Source of the DNA: Ferroglobus placidus DSM 10642
GTDB lineage: Archaea > Halobacteriota > Archaeoglobi > Archaeoglobales > Archaeoglobaceae
DNA: 32,000 nucleotides
Assembly: GCF_000025505.1 (NCBI RefSeq)
Contig: NC_013849.1
Location: 900,001-932,000 of the forward strand
Direction: 5' to 3'
Shown here: positions 26,761-32,000 of the stretch, one piece after another
Position numbering within the stretch: the first letter of the stretch is position 1
Layout of the letters: every line of letters begins with the position of its first letter
Program-made: the position numbers and the translations under genes
Notes under the pieces: generated by a model
What the model was told of the DNA's origin: nothing
What the model saw: only the letters and a program-made list of their open reading frames with translations
Databases searched by the model: none

Positions 26761-27060
26761 ATGAGTATAATCTCCGTTAGACCTACTCCAGACTTAGAGA
26801 GGAAGATTAAGAAACTCATGGAGTTTGAGAAAACTGATAAATCGTCAATAGTTAGGAAAGCTCTGGAGAGAGGACTTAACGAGGAACTGAAGAGGTTAGC
26901 CCTAAGTCTATACATTGAGAGGAAAGTATCCCTGGCGAAAGCGGCTGAAATTGCAGAAGTGTCAATAAGAGACATGATAAAACTGATCAGAGAGAAGGGA
27001 GTTTCACTTAACATAACTATCGAAGACCTAAGAAAGGATTTTGAGGAGGCTATGAAATGA
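26761..27060 (+). CDS. UPF0175-type antitoxin
   Basis: 99 aa; 'KSSIVRKALERGLNEELKRLALSLYIERKVSLAKAAEIAEVSIRDMIKLIREKGV'; stop overlaps the downstream toxin start. Confidence 0.85.
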   Translation: MSIISVRPTPDLERKIKKLMEFEKTDKSSIVRKALERGLNEELKRLALSLYIERKVSLAKAAEIAEVSIRDMIKLIREKGVSLNITIEDLRKDFEEAMK

Positions 27061-27557
27061 TTTACGTCTTTAACTCAATGCCTCTAATTTATTTGAGCAA
27101 AGTGAGTTTAAGCTGGATATTCGAAGAACTTGAAGGAGAGAAATTAATTCCAGAAACAGTCTACTACGAAGTAGTCGTTAAAGGAAAGGAGAAAGGTGAC
27201 GTGGATACTTTCATAGTTGACGAGCTAATACAAAAAGGCGTTTTTAAAGTTATTAAAGTCGAACCGATTAATTGGCTGAGAAGGATTGAGGAATTACATA
27301 AGGGCGAAATGGAGGTCCTGTCGTTAGCAAAAGAGAGAGACGGGATTGCGCTAACCGACGATAGCATAGCAAGGGAGGTAGGGGAGGCTTTAGGCGTAAA
27401 GGTTCACGGAACACTCTACTTAATATTCTCACTGATGAAGAGAGGTAGGATCGATAAGAGAACGGTTGTAGAGAAAGTCAACGAAATGATTAAGAGAGGT
27501 TTTAGATTAAGTCCAGAAGTTTACTCAGAGTTCCTGAGACTAATGAACAGCATTTGA
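27057..27557 (+). CDS. DUF3368 PIN-like toxin
   Basis: 166 aa; 'FNSMPLIYLSKVSLSWIFEELEGEKLIPETVYYEVV', 'LHKGEMEVLSLAKERDGIALTDDSIAREVGEALGVKVHGTLYLIFSLMKRGRI'. Confidence 0.85.
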   Translation: MIYVFNSMPLIYLSKVSLSWIFEELEGEKLIPETVYYEVVVKGKEKGDVDTFIVDELIQKGVFKVIKVEPINWLRRIEELHKGEMEVLSLAKERDGIALTDDSIAREVGEALGVKVHGTLYLIFSLMKRGRIDKRTVVEKVNEMIKRGFRLSPEVYSEFLRLMNSI

Positions 27558-27569
27558 ATTCCAAACGTC

Positions 27570-27823
27570 TCCTTTTAGTGAGAATCTTCTCCGATACACC
27601 TTGCAAAAGTTGGGAAACTAAACCTGCTGAAGGATATTGGCCGTTAAGGACGGCTGGATATCAGTGCAGAAGAAAAATCGAAGAAATCGTGAAATGCGAG
27701 GCTGAGATAATCCCAAGTATTATCACATCGAGTTTGGGAGTCAAATCCTCCAGAACCTTTAGAGTACTTTATTTAGCTGCCAAAAAGGGTCTGATTTCAA
27801 AAAAGAACTCTGAATTACATTAG
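27570..27823 (+). pseudogene. Decayed second DUF3368 PIN toxin gene
   Basis: Three-frame reading gives 'SSPIHLAKVGKLNLLKDIG', then 'VKDGWISV', then 'CEAEIIPS...LGVKSSRTFRVLYLAAKKGLISKK'; these match the N-terminal, middle and C-terminal parts of DUF3368 toxins in order. Confidence 0.6.
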
Positions 27824-27862
27824 CCAGCTCGAAATAAAAAGAAAAAGAAAAAATTTGGGGGT

Positions 27863-30800
27863 TTACTGTCTTCTTCTAAGTGCGTAGGCAACCGCTGCAA
27901 GTCCCGCTATTGCCAGGAACGCTTCGAACCCTGGCACTCCCTTCTTCTCTTCCTTAGTTGGTGTTGGCGTGGGTGTTTCTTTTGCTGGTGTTGGAGTTGG
28001 TGTTGGCGTCTTCACGGGTGTCTTTTCTGGTGTTGGTGTCGGAGTCGGGGTTGGAGTTGCGGTCGGTGTTGAAACTGGTGTTGCAGTTGGTGTCGGGGTT
28101 GGTGTTGGCGTGGGTGTTAGCTCTTCGACGATCTTGACTTCGATTGGTCCAACAAGCACATCGTCGTGGAACTTGAGGTCTTTAGCGAACCCTTCAGCGG
28201 GATCAAGATCGTAGTACGTGTTAAGCAGTGTTGCATCGTTGTCTTTTATCGTTCCAAGAGTGTCCCTAACGTAAACCTTTGCAGTGCCTAATGGCAGTCC
28301 GTATGTCTCAAAGACCGCTTCTGCACTACCATCTTCACCGATTGTAACTTGTTGTCTGTACACTTTCATTGGAGTCTTCAAGATGACGTAGATGTTACCG
28401 TAGCCCTCTTCTCTGTTCGTCTTAATCACGACCTTGAGCGGATCTCCCTTCTTAACTTCGCTTGGAACATCAACGCTTATTTCTGGGTTAACCACTTCAA
28501 CTGGAATTGTAACGCTACCATCTTCAACTTTCTCGTCGTCGGCAGTGTCTACTGTTCCCTTGGTGTAGTAAAGCTGAAGCTTCAACGTGTACATTCCCGT
28601 CGCTAAAGTCTTTCCTGGCTCTGATACCAAGACCTTGTTGTCTTCATCATAATACGGCAATAGTTCGATTTCAACAACTCCGTTCTCGTCTGGGTTACCT
28701 TCATCGATCTCTTTCGTCTTTATACCCTGACCGCTGAGCTTCCAAGCCAGTCTTACGATGTCGCTGCTTGGCGTATCGATCTTCACCTTGAACGTAACCT
28801 TCTGTCCCTTGATCATCGTTATGCTCTCTGGAACTTCAGCGAATGCCACATCTGTAACTGTTATCGACAAGATCTTTTGAGCATCGCTAACGGGATCGAT
28901 CTTGTCAGTTGATGCTGGAGCAAACACGTATACTAAGTACGTTCCCGTTTCAGCATCACTCTTAACAGCCAGCTCTGTTTCAAATGTGTTGTCGTCGACA
29001 TCCACAGACTTGGTTGGATAGTCCTCGATCATGAACTCTTTGTTCTCGAATGGCAATGCCGCAACCCCTTCGAACACGTTACCAGACTCGGCGTAGATGT
29101 ATACTGTCTCTACAGTGGTCGTTCCGTTAAGTTTAACTTTTCCTCCTTTGGCAACGACGTTCTTGTCAACAGTAACATCCAAGCTCTGTCTAACAACTTT
29201 TATCTTCACGGAGTCTTCTACCGTGTACTTGGCTGCCTCATACTTCGCTTTAACCTTGTAAGTTGAGAGAGCAGCATCCGGCTTAACCCTGAATTTGCTT
29301 GTCTTGAAGTTACCGTCACTATCTACATAGGCAATTACCGTTGCCGGTGCGTCGGAGAATTCATCGAGACCTGTTATTACTATCTCTTCTCCAGCTGGCA
29401 GGCTTGTTGTACCTTTGATCTCGAACTCCTCTCCTCTCGCGAAGGACAGCGTGTCCATTTTAATCTCAAGCAACGGCTTCTCAGCTGTTATTGTTACTCT
29501 CTCATCTTTGCTCGTGTATCCGTTGCTAACCTCTGCCACGATCTTGTAAGTTCCGGTGTCCCAGTCGAGTTTAAATTCAACTTCTTTGGAGAAAGTTCCG
29601 TCTTCGTTGATGTCAACCTCTACGGAATCGACCATATTCTCGGGTGTGACGGTATCTTTGTAGATCTTTATCGTAACCTTGTTGTCGCCATTCTTGTCGA
29701 AGTCGCTTCCGGTTTCAGCGACGTTCGTTGAACCCGAGATCTTAACTTTCTGCCCGAGTCTAACTGTGTCCTTGTCAGCGGTAACGGAAATCGTGGCTCC
29801 GACAATGTAGAACGTTACACTGTTGTCAGCATCTCCGCTAACGACCTTCAGCTTGTAAGCACCGGTCTGTCCACCGTTGTCAAGGATTTCCTGAGTGTCT
29901 ATAACCAGCTTGTACTTGTGATCGCTAACAGTGAAGACTTGGTCGTAGTACTTGTTAAATGCCGTCCAGTCGTATGGACCGGTCAAGTAGTACCTACCCT
30001 GGTCGGCTCCGTAAATCCTTATTTCGAATACTGCTAAGTCTCCCTTCACAATCTCAGCCGATGGGTTCTTTCTGATAATCTCAATTACAGGCTTTCCAGC
30101 CTCTTTCGGTCTAACTTTAACTACGTAGTCTCCCTTCGGAAGGACTTCGGCTCCTTTCTTCACTTCAGTATAGCTTGCTGCATCGTTCAGATCAAAGTCG
30201 TTTGTAGCTCCTCCATAGCTTGCAGAAACTCTTATCGTGTAATCCGAAGGCTTGAGGTTTAAGCCGACGGTATCAAGCGAGAAGTCTTTGTATCCGGTTA
30301 TGCTTTCAGTATACACAACATCTCCCGTCTTGAGATCAACGATCTTTACTGTAGCTTTGTCTGGAACATCTACCGTGAATTCGAGTTTGTCGCCATAGTC
30401 GATAGCTAACACGAAGTTGTCGGTGTCAACATCGACTGATTTGAGGGTGACTTCAATCGTAGCCGGTTCGTCAGTTCTGTCGACGAAGGTTACTGTTGCG
30501 CCAGTGTACTCGTAAGTTATTTCTTCAGTAGGTGTCGGTGTTGGTTGGGTTCCAGCTAACTGAACCACGACACTAGATTCTCCACTGATATCACTCACAC
30601 TTTGTCCTAAAGGCTCATAAGTCCCGCTAAATGTATATGTACCCTCTGCTTGAGGGGCTTGTACTACGTACGTTATCGTAAAACCATCGGCGCTTATATC
30701 AGTGACAGTGAATACCAATGTATTTCCACTCTGTTGTAATGTTATGTTGTCCGCTCCATTATAAGTCCAATTGACGAATGTGAAACCAGAAGGAACTGCT

Positions 30801-30973
30801 TCATTTATCTGCATACCTACCGCAGAGACAGTAGACACCAATGTCACTGTCACAGTTCCATTTGGCTGAACAATGTCTGGGTCTATAGATCTAGTAACTG
30901 TCTGTGCACTTGCAGTCACTGCCATTAATAGAACCGCCAATACGACTAATCCTACTTTCCATACCTTACCCAT
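27863..30973 (-). CDS. Large secreted S-layer-like surface protein with Thr/Pro linker and PGF-CTERM sorting signal
   Basis: Signal peptide 'MGKVWKVGLVVLAVLLMAVTASAQ', repeated beta-rich domains, 'TPTPTPTP' linker and C-terminal 'GVPGFEAFLAIAGLAAVAYALRRRQ'. Start moved from 31000 to ATG 30973, preceded by AGGAGGT. Confidence 0.85.
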   Translation of the reverse strand: MGKVWKVGLVVLAVLLMAVTASAQTVTRSIDPDIVQPNGTVTVTLVSTVSAVGMQINEAVPSGFTFVNWTYNGADNITLQQSGNTLVFTVTDISADGFTITYVVQAPQAEGTYTFSGTYEPLGQSVSDISGESSVVVQLAGTQPTPTPTEEITYEYTGATVTFVDRTDEPATIEVTLKSVDVDTDNFVLAIDYGDKLEFTVDVPDKATVKIVDLKTGDVVYTESITGYKDFSLDTVGLNLKPSDYTIRVSASYGGATNDFDLNDAASYTEVKKGAEVLPKGDYVVKVRPKEAGKPVIEIIRKNPSAEIVKGDLAVFEIRIYGADQGRYYLTGPYDWTAFNKYYDQVFTVSDHKYKLVIDTQEILDNGGQTGAYKLKVVSGDADNSVTFYIVGATISVTADKDTVRLGQKVKISGSTNVAETGSDFDKNGDNKVTIKIYKDTVTPENMVDSVEVDINEDGTFSKEVEFKLDWDTGTYKIVAEVSNGYTSKDERVTITAEKPLLEIKMDTLSFARGEEFEIKGTTSLPAGEEIVITGLDEFSDAPATVIAYVDSDGNFKTSKFRVKPDAALSTYKVKAKYEAAKYTVEDSVKIKVVRQSLDVTVDKNVVAKGGKVKLNGTTTVETVYIYAESGNVFEGVAALPFENKEFMIEDYPTKSVDVDDNTFETELAVKSDAETGTYLVYVFAPASTDKIDPVSDAQKILSITVTDVAFAEVPESITMIKGQKVTFKVKIDTPSSDIVRLAWKLSGQGIKTKEIDEGNPDENGVVEIELLPYYDEDNKVLVSEPGKTLATGMYTLKLQLYYTKGTVDTADDEKVEDGSVTIPVEVVNPEISVDVPSEVKKGDPLKVVIKTNREEGYGNIYVILKTPMKVYRQQVTIGEDGSAEAVFETYGLPLGTAKVYVRDTLGTIKDNDATLLNTYYDLDPAEGFAKDLKFHDDVLVGPIEVKIVEELTPTPTPTPTPTATPVSTPTATPTPTPTPTPEKTPVKTPTPTPTPAKETPTPTPTKEEKKGVPGFEAFLAIAGLAAVAYALRRRQ
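27945..28125. repeat. Low-complexity Thr-Pro-coding repeat (linker of surface protein)
   Basis: Degenerate ggtgttggtgttgg-type repeats coding for TPTPTPTP on the minus strand. Confidence 0.8.
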
Positions 30974-30982
30974 ACTTTCTCT

Positions 30983-30989
30983 ACCTCCT
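30983..30989 (-). promoter_or_regulatory. Shine-Dalgarno of surface-protein gene
   Basis: AGGAGGT on the minus strand, 9 nt upstream of ATG 30973; a TATA-like TTTTATATATAAGG lies at about 31017-31030. Confidence 0.6.
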
Positions 30990-31242
30990 TTTTCACGCAC
31001 CTTTTCCTATCACGTCCTTATATATAAAACCTCCTCTTCTGATGGCGACGAGGGGGAGTTCGGCAATCTGCCAACTACCCCCGCCGCCACCAAGTATTTA
31101 TAAAAGCATAAGCATATTTAAAGTTTTTGTTCTTGTCTAAGAGTGAAAGGCAGAGCGTTAGAGTACAAAACTACGATTCTACGCTATAAGGGTTATTTTC
31201 TAATTTTTAAAATACTAACTAGTATTATAAAAAATAGAAAAT

Positions 31243-32000
31243 TTAATTTTGTAAATTAAAATACAAAAGCACAAGCTGGATTACATCTCCAAGTATTTCT
31301 TGCCTTACTGTTTGATCAGATGTAACAAAATAAGTAGATACAGCATTTATCACAGCATTAAGGACGTCTTGTCTTGTTGGGGAACTCGTTACCCAATCAA
31401 ATGCTAAGTTATATTTGCTGATTATTTGCTCTAAGGCATCATCAACACTATCTGGTATAGTTTCTCCTACAAAAACTTCTATAACTGTGTCCCCCCCGAT
31501 CGTCGTTGCAGAACCTCCCAATGTTTGATAAGTTCCAGAAAACACATACATTCCTTCAACAGAAGATGATTGAAGTATGTATGTTATCGTGAACCCATCT
31601 GCTGATGTTAAATCTGTCACCGTGAAAGTCAGTGTGTTTCCTGACTGCTGGAGATCTACATTGTCAGCTCCACTATAATTCCAGCTAATCAGTGTAAACC
31701 CAGAAGGAACATTCTCTACTATTTGCACTCCAATAGCTGAAACCGTAGACATTAGCGTTACTTGAAATGCCGAGTTTGGTTCGACCCAATCCGGGAGTAA
31801 CCTCATTACGCTTGCTCCCAAGGTTTGTGTGGATGTAGTAACAGTTAGCTGTTTTGAGGTTGTTGTTATAGAACCTTCGTTGTCAGTTACCGTTAAAGTT
31901 ACAACATATATTCCGGGTGCTGTGTAAGCATGAGTGACTACCATACCTGAAGCTGTTGAGCCATCTCCAAAGTCCCATTGATAATTTATTATATATCCAT
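31243..32000 (-). CDS. Partial PKD-domain secreted protein, N-terminus beyond window
   Basis: The open frame continues upstream of the track's M at 31944 to the window edge: 'GYIINYQWDFGDGSTASGMVVTHAYTAPGIYVVTLTVTDNEGS' is a PKD domain. It is followed by a domain matching the N terminus of the 27863-30973 protein. Confidence 0.8.
   Translation of the reverse strand, partial: GYIINYQWDFGDGSTASGMVVTHAYTAPGIYVVTLTVTDNEGSITTTSKQLTVTTSTQTLGASVMRLLPDWVEPNSAFQVTLMSTVSAIGVQIVENVPSGFTLISWNYSGADNVDLQQSGNTLTFTVTDLTSADGFTITYILQSSSVEGMYVFSGTYQTLGGSATTIGGDTVIEVFVGETIPDSVDDALEQIISKYNLAFDWVTSSPTRQDVLNAVINAVSTYFVTSDQTVRQEILGDVIQLVLLYFNLQN

Noticed and set aside
27730-27765. tRNA T-arm-like string 'GGGAGTCAAATCCTCC'
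   Set aside because: No canonical GTTC loop, no matching acceptor, D or anticodon arms nearby; better explained as part of the decayed PIN toxin.
24254-27823. Possibility that the HEPN/MNT array plus PIN module forms one novel multi-gene defence system
   Set aside because: The modules are on opposite strands and separated by an IS scar, with recognisable independent toxin-antitoxin families; an accumulation hotspot is the simpler reading, although shared function cannot be excluded.
27945-28125. Short GT-rich repeats that could be mistaken for a CRISPR or tandem satellite
   Set aside because: Repeats are irregular 6-mer units without unique spacers and are in frame with the surface-protein gene, coding for Thr-Pro.

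Overview
This is archaeal DNA whose gene content resembles Archaeoglobales (Ferroglobus- or Archaeoglobus-like; inferred from content, not searched). The left ~20 kb looks like an anaerobic aromatic or alicyclic acid catabolic and transport region. It carries a dienoyl-CoA-hydratase-like crotonase, an MFS transporter, divergent iorA/iorB, a fused 3-hydroxyacyl-CoA dehydrogenase/enoyl-CoA hydratase, and a thiolase with its DUF35 partner. It also carries a compact BamA/Oah-like crotonase with a C-terminal zinc ribbon, a benzoyl-CoA-reductase/2-hydroxyacyl-CoA-dehydratase-like set (one ASKHA activator plus two FeS subunits), an acyl/aryl-CoA ligase, and a complete Liv-type ABC transporter split around a nearly symmetric bidirectional promoter. 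The middle holds CBS, HAD and PfkB proteins, NreA with a PIP-like tail, and archaeal S-adenosylmethionine synthetase. The right part is an accessory island: three tandem HEPN/MNT pairs (one HEPN truncated), a decayed transposase, an intact UPF0175/DUF3368 toxin-antitoxin pair, and a previously unlabelled decayed second DUF3368 PIN toxin. It is followed by a PGF-CTERM S-layer-like protein and a partial PKD protein that shares its N-terminal domain. A fourth HEPN/MNT pair sits in the middle of the catabolic region. No rRNA, convincing tRNA or CRISPR was found.
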